DNA of 63,736 bases, the filler included, from Collodictyon triciliatum (taxonomy: Eukaryota): assembly GCA_043381765.1 (NCBI GenBank). It is 5 parts of 5 records of this genome, joined end to end, with 100 filler letters (N's around TTAATTAATTAA, not from the genome) between each part and the next. Parts side by side here need not be neighbours in the genome. Positions count along the whole stretch, not along the records: positions 20,384 to 42,673 come from JBHJMP010000628.1; 4 more parts are not named here. One strand, given 5' to 3'. The position numbers and the translations under genes were made by a program. This document shows, one piece after another, positions 20,600 through 34,707 of this stretch. The notes below the pieces were generated by a model. The model searched no databases and was not told where the DNA came from. It saw only the letters and a list, made by a program, of their open reading frames with translations. Every line of letters begins with the position of its first letter. Positions within the stretch are counted from its first letter, which is position 1.

Positions 20600-23500
20600 G
20601 TAATCAGGTTGTATTACTATGCCGAAAAGTGGGAAATGGAATGGAAGTCTCTAGGAAGCTATTTTAGAATTTGGTTGTCCTTCTTTACGCTGATGATGAC
20701 GTCACATTGGATTGCATGCATCTGGTGGTCGGTAGGAAAGTATGACCAGGTGATTCTGATACATGCAGCATATTCCGTATTCATACTATGCTTTTTTTTT
20801 TCCGGTGCGTTGCTTTTAAAAGATATCGATTTTACCATTCTAGCCTACTTAAATGGGAAGGTCGAGTAATCTATTTTGTTTTATTCTATAAATAAAAAAA
20901 AAATGCTTCGCTTCACTCTGTTATTCTTATCACGTTTGTTTTCTTTTCCCAAACTAGGATTTCTCATGGATTGTTCGGGGAAGATACGAGGACAAGAGCA
21001 TATATACGCAGTATATCACATCTTTGTATTGGAGTATAGTCGTTCTGACGACAATAGGGTTTGGAGATGTTGTTGCTCTCACAGACAACGAAAGGATTAT
21101 CTCGATATGCACTATGCTTGTTGGGACTTTTTTCTACGGTAATAAATGCTTTATCCAGTATTGAGTACCATTTTTTAAATCACACAAATACATTTGAACT
21201 TTTCGTTGTCTCGTTTTCCCTAGCGTTTGCCTCTTGATTTCGCACGGCTTACATATTATATCATACATCAACTCCCTTTTACGCAAACTGAAAGGAAAAA
21301 TAAAAAAATATATTGCGATGTATATAGGTCTCTTATTTGGTAATATCGCGTCTGTTTTATCAACGATGGACGCCGCCAGCTCTCGTCTCCTCATGAAAGG
21401 CTCAATGCTTCGTAAATACATGAATTACCACAAGCTACCGGAGGAACTTAAAATAAGGATACAGAAATATTTTGACATTACTTGGAGAAGAGAAAGAGTA
21501 AGTCTATTGGCTTTCTCCTTTCTGATTATTGAACTTCTCGTTGTATTGATTCTTTTCTTTTACTTTAAATGTTGAAAGTTCCCAAATTTTCTCGCTTGCT
21601 TTGCATCGATGTCTCTTACACTAAAATTGGGCATGTCTTTCCAGGGACTGGATGAACATGCGCTTTTAAGTGACCTCCCCAACGCATTACGCTCAGAAAT
21701 AGCTGTGTATATTCATCGAGACTTGGTAAATAAAGTGAGTGAATAATGCACCTGCCCTTTAAATCTGCTGATTACATATGAATTCGCCATTCCATAGGAC
21801 TTCAGTCCTTCAAATGTCTAACTTAAAGCTTAATAGGTCGGCTTCTTTCAGGCCATTTCAAATGCAGGGTTCGTCAACTCTTTAGTTCTCAAATTAAGGC
21901 CTCAAATCGCTCTTCCTGGAGAAAGTATTGTTCGTGAGGTTAGGGTGTTGCACATATATTTCTTCATTCCTCTCACACAAAATATCGCGTGATTAATATT
22001 TCATTATATAACAGGGAGAGCTCCCCACAGAAATGTTTTTTCTGAGCAAAGGAATGGTAGAAGTAACGAGCTGTGGTAATCGATTGTGCATGCTGAAAGA
22101 CGGCTCTTATTTTGGAGAAGTGTCCCTTATATTCCAGGTTTTTTTTTTTGATTACATATTCGTGATATCTTCATGTAGTTAATTTTTTTTGTTTCATCCC
22201 TCCAACCAAAATTTTCGTCTTTCAAAAAGTAAGAACGATAAAATAGTAACAATAATTAAAAGTAATCATAAATACGCATAAGGAACGTCGAACAGCTTCT
22301 GTCTCAGCACTGGAATATTGCGAATTGCTTGTTTTGACCAAAACTGACTTTGAAAACTCTGTGCAGTATTTTCCGGAATTTGCAACTATGATTCGTGATA
22401 TTGCGAGGGTATGACTTTTCTGCTTGAAGTTCATAATGATATTATATTTGCATTCTAATAAATAATTCTATCAATTATGTAATCTTAGGAGCGGAAGTCC
22501 CTAACATCCTTTCACTCTGACGCTGAGTTGATGGACAATTATTTTAAAAAATCGAAAGATTCTGATTCAGGCTCAGGAAGCTGTGAGATTTCGTGTTTAT
22601 GCACATATTTGGTTATAATATTAATGATGATATTGAAGCCATACCAAAGACATCAAAATAGTCTTGTTTACTGTAATTATGCCCATTGTACACTTACATT
22701 TGCATCTTCATTCGGAAACAAACACCAGCTACTGATTATTTGAGCAAGTTTTGTATGCTAACACAACTATTTTTCTTCATATTATATACATCAATTACTA
22801 CAGTGATGGAAGGGTCTGGTAAAGGAGAGTAAGCATATTTTTGGTTTAGATGACTCGCATTCATAATTCCCGTAATTTTGTAGACTGTAATATCTGCGTG
22901 CCTCTTCATTCAATCAAATACTTCATCGACATATAAATTAGGAGAATAGTTTCGGCAGTAGAGCTCTACCAACAACAACGACGTCGCAGCATTACGCTTG
23001 CACAAAACATGCGTGTTGTGGGAGCAAGGAGAGGTTGCATTTTTTTAATTCCTCGAAAAAAATATCAAAGAAAAAAACAGATAAAATGTAAAGCCTATGA
23101 CAGACAGGAGGGATTATCTGAATTTTATAGCACCTTATTATTCTTTGGTCCAGGTTCTGCCGTAGCATTTAGAGAGGATAGTCCACTTCCTCCAGATATT
23201 GACCAAAACAGCGACACAAGGCGTGGGTCTGAGATGGATGGTGCGGAAGGAAGTCCAGCGTCCAGGTTGGCATTCTTCCTCCAAATATATGTGTGTGGAA
23301 ATGTGATGCATTCTATTGGTTGCAGTCCACCAATCAAAACCACTGTCATCGCTTTTTTTTCCCCCAACTCAGACGTATATCAAGCTCATCTTCGGCCCGC
23401 CCTTCGCTCCTACGCCGCCTCTCCATCAACGCAGCAGCGTTGACCCAGGGTTCAGATGTAAATGCCAGTAACATGTCAGAAGAAGACAAAGCCATCGCTG

Positions 23501-24680
23501 CGATAGCAGCTGCAGCAGTTGCTGTCCAAGCTGCTCAGGCGTCTGAAATCGCTCAACTGCAGCAGCAGGCTCTCCCTGTTCAGCCACCATCCGTGCCTCC
23601 AATTGAGCCTCTCGTGCAAGCAGAGGCAGCACAAAATCTCCCATCTATATCGAAAGATGACGCAAAGACACATCAAATCCCAACCATTAGGGACATATCC
23701 CGAAAACGTCACAGTCTCCTATCGAGTTCCAATAGACTCGAAGCGAGTATTGAAGTTCCCGATGAGAATAGCCCTGGGAAGGCTGTGAATGAAAGAAAAG
23801 ACAGTGTTGCCACCAAGGGTGGTACTCCAGCGGGAAGTAACGAAGCCACACATTTGTCAGATATACCAAAGGGTAGGCAAAGTCCAAATACCGAAGACTC
23901 ACTCGCCTCTGCGGGACCTCAATCTGTACAAATATCAACGCTGTTGAGTTCAAACCAACCTGGGGCGAATAAGGTACAAGAAAATGCAAATCCTTTCAAT
24001 ACTACCCTCATTTAACCTCTGCCGATGAACTACAGTCTAAACAATAATGAAACCTGATGTATGCTATTTATTCCTCTTTATTTCCTTTGCAGTCGCTAAA
24101 AAAGCCTGCTCGAGCATCTCTGGCTTCAGTGGAGGAAAGACAAGCCATTGCACCATCACCAGCTCCTGGTTCTTCTTTCTTCTTCTTTCTTCTTCTTTCT
24201 TCTTCTTTCTTCTTCTTTCTTCTTTCTTCTTTCTTCTTTCTTCTTTCTTCTTTCTTCTTTCTTCTTTCTTCTTTCTTCNNNNNNNNNNNNNNNNNNNNNN
24301 NNNNNNNNNNNNNNNNNNNNNNNNNNNNNNNNNNNNNNNNNNNNNNNNNNNNNNNNNNNNNNNNNNNNNNNNNNNNNNTTCTTCTTTCTTCTTTCTTCTT
24401 TCTTCTTTCTTCTTTCTTCTTTCTTCTTTCTTCTTTCTTCTTTCTTCTTTCTTCTTTCTTCTTTCTTCTTCTTTGAACTTTGTACTTTGTACTTTGTACT
24501 TTGTACTTTGTACTTTGTACTTTTGACACGACTAGAACCTAGTGCAATAATGTTTCTTATATCTATTTTTCTTTTAAATCTTACCTATCCTTTTGAAAAT
24601 CGAATTACGTAGAACTCTAATGTAGAAAAGATATTCATTATTCAATAATCGACTCTCCCCTTAACATATTGCTAATGGTC

Positions 24681-24745
<65 letters not shown>

Positions 24746-27700
24746 TTAGCTCCGACATCGTTGGCGATGATTGCAGGTCCCTCGTCTCTTTTTCTTACGC
24801 TCGCTGCAGGGTTAAATCCAATCGAAAACCAAAGCGAAAGAGTTTTAGCCCATGATTCAAAAGCCAAACTGTGGTTGATTATCCTTTCATCCCTGGTATG
24901 TGCCAATCATCGAAACAAGATTGAAACCATACTTTGCCTGAATCATACCGTCTCATTCAATCATATTTATGACGCAATTAATAAAATGCACACATATCAG
25001 AGTATCATGTACAACCTGGTCGTTATTCCATTTCGAATCGGGTTCTCTAGAGACGTTGGATGGTACTTCATGCCGATGGACTATTTCACCGATTTTATTT
25101 TTGTCTTGGATATCGTTTCAAATTTTTATACGGGCTATCTTAACGAAAATGGAGCGAGGTGAGTATCTTCGAACGGCAAGACTTAATATATACTTATGTA
25201 AAATAATGAGCAAAGTCAGTAAGATGCAATAAGGTATTTGATATTTATAATAATTTCCCACCAGAGTTAGAAATCTTGAAATGATACGTAAGCGCTATCT
25301 ACGAGGCTGGTTTGCATATGATTTAGTGACATCTCTACCTTTGGATTTGTTGGCTCTTGTCACTGGACCTCATTATATTGGGTTCCTACGTATCCCAAGA
25401 ATCTTGAAAGCCACTCGGTTACTAGAATATGCACATATGACTGAACAAAGACTTCAACTGAATCCTTCCATATTCAGAATCATTAAATTATTTGGTTTCT
25501 TCCTTCTCTTTGCTCACACCACTGGTTGTTTATGGTATGCCATTCCCGACATTATCGAACACCATTCGAATTGGAGAACCGCTTATAAGATTCGTAAGTC
25601 TTTTGGATGAACTCAACGCCATGCAAGGCTATTCTGAATTATGATAAACCTCCATCCTTCTCCTTTCTTTTTTTTTTTGGATATAAATATAAAGCAATTT
25701 TTATTCTAATTTTGGTCCAAATTATATCACCAGAGCACTCGAGCTTGAAAACAAAGTATATTTCAAGTCTGTACTTTGCAGCCACCACAATATGCACTGT
25801 AGGCTTTGGTGATGTTGTTGCCATCACAAATCCGGAAAGGGTATTTCTGATAATAGGTAAATTTGAATGATTTTTTTTAATAGTCAATTATTTTTTGTAC
25901 AAACTAGTGCCTTGTTGATTCATATTTGAGAGGAGAAAACTAGTACTATAAAGTGGATTATTTTGAACCTGTATTCTTTAGTTATGTTTATCGGGTCTGG
26001 CGTATATTCTACGGTTTTTGGAAGTATGGTCACTCTGGTGTCTTCCATGAATGCAGATGCACAAGCAAATAGGTGATAAACCAAGTTTATGAAATGAAAC
26101 TCATGTCAAAACTGGCAATCATAACGAGGGATTATTGCGAATTGAACAAACTTTATGCTTACATATTAATCTATTTTCATAATCATCGACCAGACAAAAA
26201 CTGAATAACCTCGAGGAATACATGAAACTGCGGTTTCTTCCCGAAGATATTCGTCAGCGCATCCGTACTTTCCATGATATTATTTGGAGCAGACACAAGG
26301 TAACATTCTCCCAATATACACTTTAGTTGGTATATATCCCCTTCTCACATTCTTGTGGCGTAGCTTTGTAACGCTAATGTATACCATTCAAGTTAACCTA
26401 TAGAACGAACGAGATTTCGAATAATGGAGCCATTTCGTACAACCTGTATTAATCAAAGAACAAATATTTTAGGGACTAGATGAGGCATCTATATTGAGCC
26501 AATTGCCTCCATCTCTCCGCTCTGAAGTTGCGCAATTTCTATATAAAGACACCTTATCTGAGGTTGATTACCAGTTGGCACCTTCTTATTTTGTCAAAGC
26601 AAATGGATTTATTGTTATCATCATTTAATATTGAAATGTGCTCTTTTTTTTTTAAAAAAAAAACAAACAAACAAAAAACAAAATAATATTTAATTATACC
26701 AAAGGTATCTATTCTTCAAGGGCCTGAATCTCACGGGCTTTTGAGTTCTATCGTGCTGATGCTGCGGCCTCAGATGGCGCTTCCTGGAGAATATATTATC
26801 CGACAAGGTTTGCAATCAAATTAATATAGCCATCCATGGGATTAAATTCACTTGTTTGGCATTGTACAAGGGCTTGTATCTTTATATCTAAGCAAAATCG
26901 AGCTATGATTTTCACCTATCGATTTCCTGCGATATTTTCAACCATAAAAGGCGAAGTTGGAGAGGAGATGTACATAATTCAGACAGGAGAAGTCGAAGTT
27001 GTGAGAAGTGGTCAGTTGATAACTAGGTTAGTGTTCAAGTAAAACTAAGTTGAGAAAAAAAACTTACACTGAAATTCCATTTAATTCATAATTCTATCCG
27101 AATGAACCCAGGATCGGAGCTAAATCGTATTTTGGTGAAGTCAGCTTGATGTTTTCGCAAAAAAGGACTGCTTCTGTAATAGCTGCCGAATATTGTGAAC
27201 TACTTATGCTCACGAAGGTATTTTGAAAGGAGTGGCAAGCAAACAAACCCAAGAACATACCTACGAATAGAATACTGCATACGCAAACCCCAACTTTTCT
27301 CTAACTTTTCTTTTGCTTTTGCTTTTGCTTTTGCTTTTTCCATTGAAAGAAAAGAAGAAAAGACTAACATCTGACTAATATTAAAATAGAACGACCTTCG
27401 CCAACTATTGCGGATATTTCCTGAGTTTTCGAGGTCACTCAACCAAGTTGCCCGGGAGAGAATTAGGCAAATAATAATAATTGTGTATTTGCATTCTATA
27501 TTCGAAAGTGTTTGAGAGCATCGCCAAGAACACCACTCATGGCTCAATTCCAACCGCACCTATTTCTCTACCGTCATTCTGGTTATTAATACAATTTTAT
27601 TTTTGTGTCCTGTCTCTCAAAAGGCAAGTGGAATCCAAAGGGCCTGATTCACAGCCCCAAACCCTCGGTCACCAGGCGTGGAGCAAAGTTCGGAAGACAT

Positions 27701-28679
27701 TCAAGAATGTCCTTTCCTCCGCTGCTAAGGACAAGTATGTCCGAGTTGAATCACGAAAGCAAACCACTAGATTAGCAGCGACATGAACACCACCAAGAAT
27801 CGCAACGAATCTTTCTCCTTAAACTAATAGCACCACATAATCAGGGTGCGTGCTTTGGCCAGCTTGACCCCGTCACAGAGCACAAGCTTCAATCCTATTC
27901 CCGAGAAATCACCCGATATGCGTTCGAGTTCGCATATGTTTCTTCGGTCAACATCAAAGGATATCATATCACGCAAGAGTTCCGAACACTCAGCAGACAA
28001 CAATGACAAAGAGGTTAGTAGATATTTCGCATGCTTTCCTTGCCACTCCAACCACACGAGAGAATAGCTTATTGATGTTTCCTTTTAGCCGAGTCCAAAG
28101 GCACTGCACCCTCACTCCGTTCCTGTCTTGGATGACTCATCAAAGAAGTCCTCTGATGAGCCCGGTATCAAGTCTGACTCAGCCCCGGTTGCATCAATCC
28201 TGCTGAGCAGAAAAAGCTCTACAGTCAGCGAAGCACCGCAGCTATCTCTCAATGATACCACCTTGTGCATGACACACGACCAGACTACGGATATTGACGA
28301 GATAGCCCAGCAGAATATGCCACAGCCGCCAGAGCCAGGGAATACGAGCCACCATGATGAAGCTGACAAAGAGCAAAGACAGGGCCAGACTCAAGAGAGT
28401 CCACGGAATGCCGGAGCCGCATCCTCAAACGCCCGACATTCCCCGAATTCTGTCCACTCTGTGTCGACTCCTCGCGCTACGAATGCGCCTATGTCCCGCA
28501 CGTCCTCGCAACTCGCCATTCCTGAGCAGGGCCAAGGCCTTTCTCCGTCAAACTCTGTACACGACCTTCTACATCCCGACGCACCGCCCACACCCCGGCG
28601 AATGAACCGCATCCCTTCCATCACACTTCTGGATATGAGCAATGGGTCAGGTCAGGCGCGACCGACGGTTTTGCAATGA
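20600..28679 (+). CDS. Tandem-repeat cyclic-nucleotide-gated K+ channel (two pore + C-linker + CNBD units visible; 5' end lost in gap)
   Basis: Unit 1: LYWSIVVLTTIGFGDV, LSDLPNALRSEIA, GSYFGEVSLIFQ/ERRTASV. Unit 2: KRYLRGWFAYDLVTSLPLD, S4 LRIPRILKATRL, LYFAATTICTVGFGDV, KSYFGEVSLMFSQKRTASV. The units are joined by an in-frame low-complexity linker; stop at 28679. Confidence 0.88.
24170..24523. repeat. (TTCTTTC)n and (ACTTTGT)n intronic arrays
   Basis: Directly visible. Confidence 0.95.
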
Positions 28680-29479
28680 CGGATAGCAGTATTATTTTTT
28701 TCTTGACAGAACCAACCTTCATTACTGGTTACCTTTCCTTTTTCTTTTTTTTTCAAAAAAAGAAAAGAAAAGAAGGTCTTCCATAGGCGCTTAGATATAT
28801 TCTTTGGTTTTCTCTTGTTCGTTTCTTATGTTTCCTCCATTAGCATCGCTTCTGTTTTCTAATCCTGTTGTTCATGAATGTTTAACATATTGGTGCATTT
28901 GATTCTCTCTTTTTTCTTTCTTTTTTTTTTTCAAGAAAGCAAACAACCAGCCGTAATCTAATAAATAATACACAAATACCAAAAAGTAGTCAATTACCCT
29001 TGAAATGATTCTTGCAATGCTTGAACAAAAGTAGCGCATATTTGTATTGATTTTTATGAGTATTTCCAGTATAATTGTAATCTATTATCGAGGGTCTGAA
29101 AGGAAGGGCTCACAAAAATATAATCAATATTGTTGTTCAACTCAGATAGATGTAGAAGTGGGAGGTCAGATGGACACAGAAATGCAACGAATATTCACGC
29201 AACCACATAAAAAAATATAAAAAAAATGTATGTATAAAAGAAACGCTATGTGCCACAGAGTTTATGATATCTGCTTCCACGGCATATGAATAATTACATG
29301 AAAAGCCCCGGAATGTGTTTCGCTCTGATATGGATATATAAGTATGGTGCAACTTTGATATCCTTAAGTTATAAACGTGCGAAGCGTGCCATAATTGAAA
29401 TACTATGCAAGTAGAAAGCCAGACTTGTATGAGGTGTGTTAGTGTGAGAAGAAAACAAATGTATCGCCCGAGTGTTTGG

Positions 29480-32400
29480 TCAATTGATGCCGTTCCCCTG
29501 CGGCATGTCCCAGTCGAGGTCAAGCTCATCAAGATGTGGAGAGTTGTGATGTGGCTTTGAGGCCGTTGTGCTGATACTGATAACCTCGATTGGAGATAAA
29601 TGGATGGATTCCTTCCTTTGCGGTAATGGGCTCTGCATATGGTTTATTCGTTTCAGTTTTTTTTAAAAAAAGGGAAAAGGACTGTATATAGCACTCCACT
29701 TTTACATCAAATTTTTTTTTTCTCCGTGCATGTCTAGACATTTGCTACACGGAGACAACAAATGAAAATATCCTTCTGTTTCTTATTTACATGAGGAAGC
29801 TCGCGTGGGGAAAGAGCACTGTCATCAACGAGGGATGCGTACGATGACTTTAAAAAGGAATCTAGTAACCGCATATCGTCATTAGTTGAGAGCTATATAG
29901 TGATATGATTGTATATTTATAGGTAGTTTGTTAGTTCTTCCCCCTTTTTTTTCTTTTTTGAAAGATTGGAATGTATTCCTTACCAGAACGACTGGACCGA
30001 GAACCAGAGAACTACACAAATATCAATTTAATATGACATAAATTTATTATCTGATTCAAAAGACAATATCTTAGAATTACGCCACATGAATCGAGTTCGG
30101 GGATAACACTGGAGTATCAAATGGGCTTGGCGGAACAGATGTGTCTCGCAGTTCTTATAAAAATACACGTTACGGTTAACTTGCTAATTATCAAAGTTTA
30201 TACAATGTATCCTTCCTGGTTGTAAGCAAATATTTATTGAGATACCTGGAACGAAATGCAAGGGAGGGGCAAACGAAAGGTGGAGACTGATGAAGGGCGT
30301 CGTATGGGTCAACCTAGACAGGCTGGTCTAAGGATAAAAATATCATGTAATAAATGACTCTGTCAATACATTCCCAATAAATGGATGCATTATTTAAATA
30401 CTGAAACATGTAGGAGTATTGTAATATTTTAAGTAACTGATGAAAACTTCAGTAATTATGTGTTTATTTGTGGATTTATTTACTTACCATGGAAGGACGA
30501 CGAACCGGAGTTTCAAATCGTAAGGGTGAAGGAGAGTCTCTGAATTAATTTTAGTTATTGGGCATTACTGATCCGCAAGCACACTGCATATTGTTTCGAT
30601 TGGGCGAATATGAAGTTTATTCATCAAATTTTCAAGAATTTTTTAAAAGAAAACGAAAAAAATCATACAGTTCAGTAGAATGTGGCTTTTCAACTATTAT
30701 CTAATTTGCATACTCATCGGTCAGTTAGAATATAGGGGAGTGGGCGGATTCAGGAGAAAATTAATTTGAATAAATAAAGAGAAAAGATTATATCTACCCG
30801 TCCGTATCGCATATTTTTTATTCTCTCTCTTAAACTGGAAAATATTGTTGACTCTCTCCTAAAGGAGATATTGGAATTTTGGGTTTAAATCATTAATATA
30901 TCACAAGGCAGGGCAATTTAGTGCTATTCAACAGGAGGGGAAAAAAAAAGTCACCTTTCTACAAGAGGAGGATATATTCCCAAATTTGACAATGCTTTCT
31001 CGAAAGAGTCTTCCTTGTAGCCTTCGGCTGAGTTCGTGTTAATGACCTCCTTTAAATGAGAGAATATTGAGTGTATCCATTCTGCCTATGCTTTTCAGAT
31101 AACATGTAATACACCAGCGAATATCAGGGCGATGATTGTATGCTTTTATGCGAAAATTTGGTCCATGTAGAATATAAGGTTTTTAAAAGGAAAAAAAATT
31201 ATAATACCTGTTTTAGGCTCATAAATTCTTGAAATTGGCGAGTTCCTGATATCAACTCTAAAAACTGGATAAAGAATGATACAAATAGGAAAATGAAGAG
31301 ACAAAAAAAAAAATTGCATACTACACGAGTGTATGATATATTGCCGAACAAACATCTTTAGAGTCCTCTGATCCTTGAATAAAAGCCTGGACATCTAGAC
31401 TGCGTCGGTTGGATTCAGCTGCGATATGGATATGAATTGTTCCGATTGAAGTCAACAAAAGTGGTGAGCGTATAAGAAAGGTAAAAATCCCTCTGATAAT
31501 ATTAATGTGAAATCAATTATTTGGTAGAAAAAAAAATAACTCAGCTAAATAGGTAATGTATCCACATAATACCTAGTCTAATATACTTTCTATATGGCCC
31601 AAGTATCGATACAAAAAATTGTAAGAACGGTGCTCTTATGTCATCATTTGTCTGTGATGATGTCCCTGTATTATTTTAATTTGCTTCATATACTTTGATA
31701 GATATAAACAATAGTGCTGTAAGATAATGTAATACTTTTCTAATGAAAATGAAGAATAACAATAAGAATATAATATAACAGAAAAGAAAAGATTTAAAAG
31801 TAAATACTTTTCAATATCTTAGAAAGCGTGAAGCAGAGTGACTGAAAAGGCAACCGAGGAAACTTTTCTGCATAAAATAAAAATCCGACGGCTTCAGATA
31901 CACTCATATATATCTACTTTTCTCTCAGTGTTTATTTGAATGTGAGGCAAAACCAAGCTTCCACATTTATATACAATATTGTAAAGCAGATACCATATAA
32001 AACATCTGACTCTTCAAGCTTATCTTTGTCAATGTCGACAGAGTGGACCTGAATAATTTGAATGTATTAAAAAAAACCCAACTGAAAGTTTATTATGTAA
32101 ATATGTAAATATGTAAGGATTTAATCATTTTTATTTTTCAGAAAAAAAATCATACATTTTTAAGACCCAACTTGTCGATTGAGGCCTTCAAAGCACTCTG
32201 TCGTAGGAAAATCATAAGTGGTGATTTTAAATTGAATGAATGCAAAGATCTGAGATAGGAACTGAATATTATCTTCCTTTAATATGCATATGTTAATTTT
32301 ATATAAGAATAAAGTTATCACTTGTGCTCCTATTATGAAGGGCTCTTTGGAAAGACAAAACTCAAGCATGTGTCGATGCAACACAGGAATTATAGGATAC

Positions 32401-34597
32401 TGTTTGGTTTTAGATTGTACATTTAGTAATTCAAGAAGCTAAAATTGCCTTAAATAAAGTGATAAAAAGAATAACAAATGTAGTACACCTTCCATTGGAA
32501 CGGAAATATAATAGAAGACAAGGCATAGCAGATGCTCGGAAGATTCGATAGATCAGCTGTTCATGGCGCAATTTAGGAAGTGATAGAGAACTCTCAATTC
32601 AATAATGTTCACTAATGAAATTGCATAAAAATTATTTTTCCTTTACTTGGCTCTAAGGTATAGTTGCAAAGGATTAAATGCACATACATGAATATATTAT
32701 GACACGGCGTTCGAATAGAAGAGCAGAGAACAGGGATAAAAGCTGAGGAAGTTTCAATGATGATATGATACATGTCATGTCCATCTAAAAGAAAAAATGA
32801 GTAATCTTTGAATTATAATTTCGATACACCAATGTACCACGTCATCGATAATTGAAATAAAAAGGAGATGTATAAATTAAAAGAAATTTATCCAATTAAA
32901 ACCTAAAGAGTTTATTAATTAAAAAAACAATATAATTTTAACCCCTAAGATGATTGTCGGGAATTCTTCCTCCCTTTGAATTTTAACTTCATTCATGGCT
33001 TTTAGATGAAAGGTGCAAAATTCACCTGTTTGAATAGTGATGAATGAAATAATAGAAAATATGTTTATCCTTCAAGGTATAAAAATCCCTCATGAGACGA
33101 TTTATTGGTGTGGTGTCATTAATGGGTTATGAGAAAAATTAATGTGAGTAGATAAGAAAAATATTTGAATATGTAAGTCACCTGCATATGGCAATGGTTG
33201 GCGGTATAATATTTGCGAAAAATGGAGGCATTTTTTACAGAACGATTCAAGGGGTTTTGATTTTTTTGCGCAGTCCATAAACAAAGACTCCAGTTGTCTC
33301 AGTATATTTGAATAAAAACTGACATATGGACTTCACGCAAGCAGTTGTTATTTTTTTGTGTCGAAAAAAAAACAATTACTGTAAGAATGAAGAAACCACA
33401 TAAGATATGAAAGGTTTTGTAAATGATAGATATCTAATGCTTTGATAATTTTTAAATGTTTGATACATATTTTGTCTCTTGAATAAAATTGAAAAGTGTT
33501 TTACACTATTTTTCACTATAAACACCTTACAAAAGTGAAGAAACACAGACACACACAATGTCATCTGGAACATTCGAAGACACAAGCCTTCTGCAATAAA
33601 TCTGAAAGGGATTCGATGATTCATCGAGTAATTGGAATGTATAGCTGTTCAATTGATTATGATTGAGTCAGTGCAAACTTCCGAATAGCAACCCTTTTCA
33701 AAATGAATTATTACTTTAGCTGTGGATGTAACAAAGTCAAGAAAATAGATGCGCTTTTTAAGTCGTTTACCAGGCATCTGGTTGGTATGGTGTTTGATCC
33801 AATTGTTTTTCAGGAAAGCACATGTAACCAATATCCTTTTTTTTTTTTTTGAAGAAATTAAACAAAATTGTGACACAGACAATATGCTTATAATTTTCAA
33901 ATGGATATGTCCACTTTTTAGAAGTATATGTATTTTGAATTCAGAAAAATACTTTCAAAAAGCGCTTGGTGCAGCCATCAATTGGGTACGAAAATAGGTG
34001 CTTTCTCTCGAGGACTCTGAGATCTTCATTATTGAAAAACGACAGAGAAATGTTTTGAAAAATTGAAACTGGCAAGATGTATGATTGTAACGTATAGAGT
34101 AACACAAAATGAAAGAAACCCCAATAAAAATAATGGTGCAGAGAACGGGAGTGAGTAAGAGAGAGAGAGAGAGAGAGAGAAACTGTAAAAGTGTTGATGA
34201 TTATCCACTGAAATAAACCATCGAGGCGGTGAAACTGACAAAATATCATGATATCGTTGCAAGGTTTACCTCTATTTTTGTGGAGAGTAAGGATACTAAT
34301 ATTCGTAAACAGATGGGGTCTTTGCGGTGTGTGGGATAGTTGTGGAGAGGAATATCGTTGCTGCTGCTGCTTCAAAGACGGACTGCGTTGTGAGTCCCGA
34401 ACAGTCTCGGATAGCGGCCGGGCCGGCATTTGCGGGGAAGAGGCGCTCTCGAGACTCCGAGTGTGGTTAGAGTCGGAGCTCAGACGGGACGAGAAGGACT
34501 GGGCCGAAGCTGCAGTTGGGGACGGCGGATTGATGAGCGGTCGGGTCGCTGTTTTGCCCGGCGAAGGCGGTGCGAGATTGATCGAAGGCGATGCCAT
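29480..34597 (-). CDS. DENN-domain protein (putative Rab GEF), multi-exon
   Basis: Core DENN motifs LLSLFSALLFERRVIIYS/SDLSNLPSICYALSSIIFPFQWK/YPIIPVLHRHMLEFCLSKEPFIIG. dDENN motifs IRAPFLQFFVSILGPYRKYI and GTRQFQEFM. Ser/Pro-rich termini; 3' end approximate. Confidence 0.85.
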
Positions 34598-34692
34598 GGC
34601 GCTAGAGAAAAGCTCGGTGGTGGGTTCTTTGGCACGGCTTGATTGATCGTCTGCAAGCTAGTGAGGTGGAGGTCTTAGAGGCGACGTGTTTT

Positions 34693-34707
34693 TTTTTCCT
34701 TTATTCG
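34693..34707 (-). mobile_element. 15-bp retro-tail with perfect 16-bp TSD
   Basis: Reverse complement CGAATAAAGGAAAAA, flanked by AGAGGCGACGTGTTTT at 34677-34692 and 34708-34723, just upstream of the DENN gene start. Confidence 0.85.
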
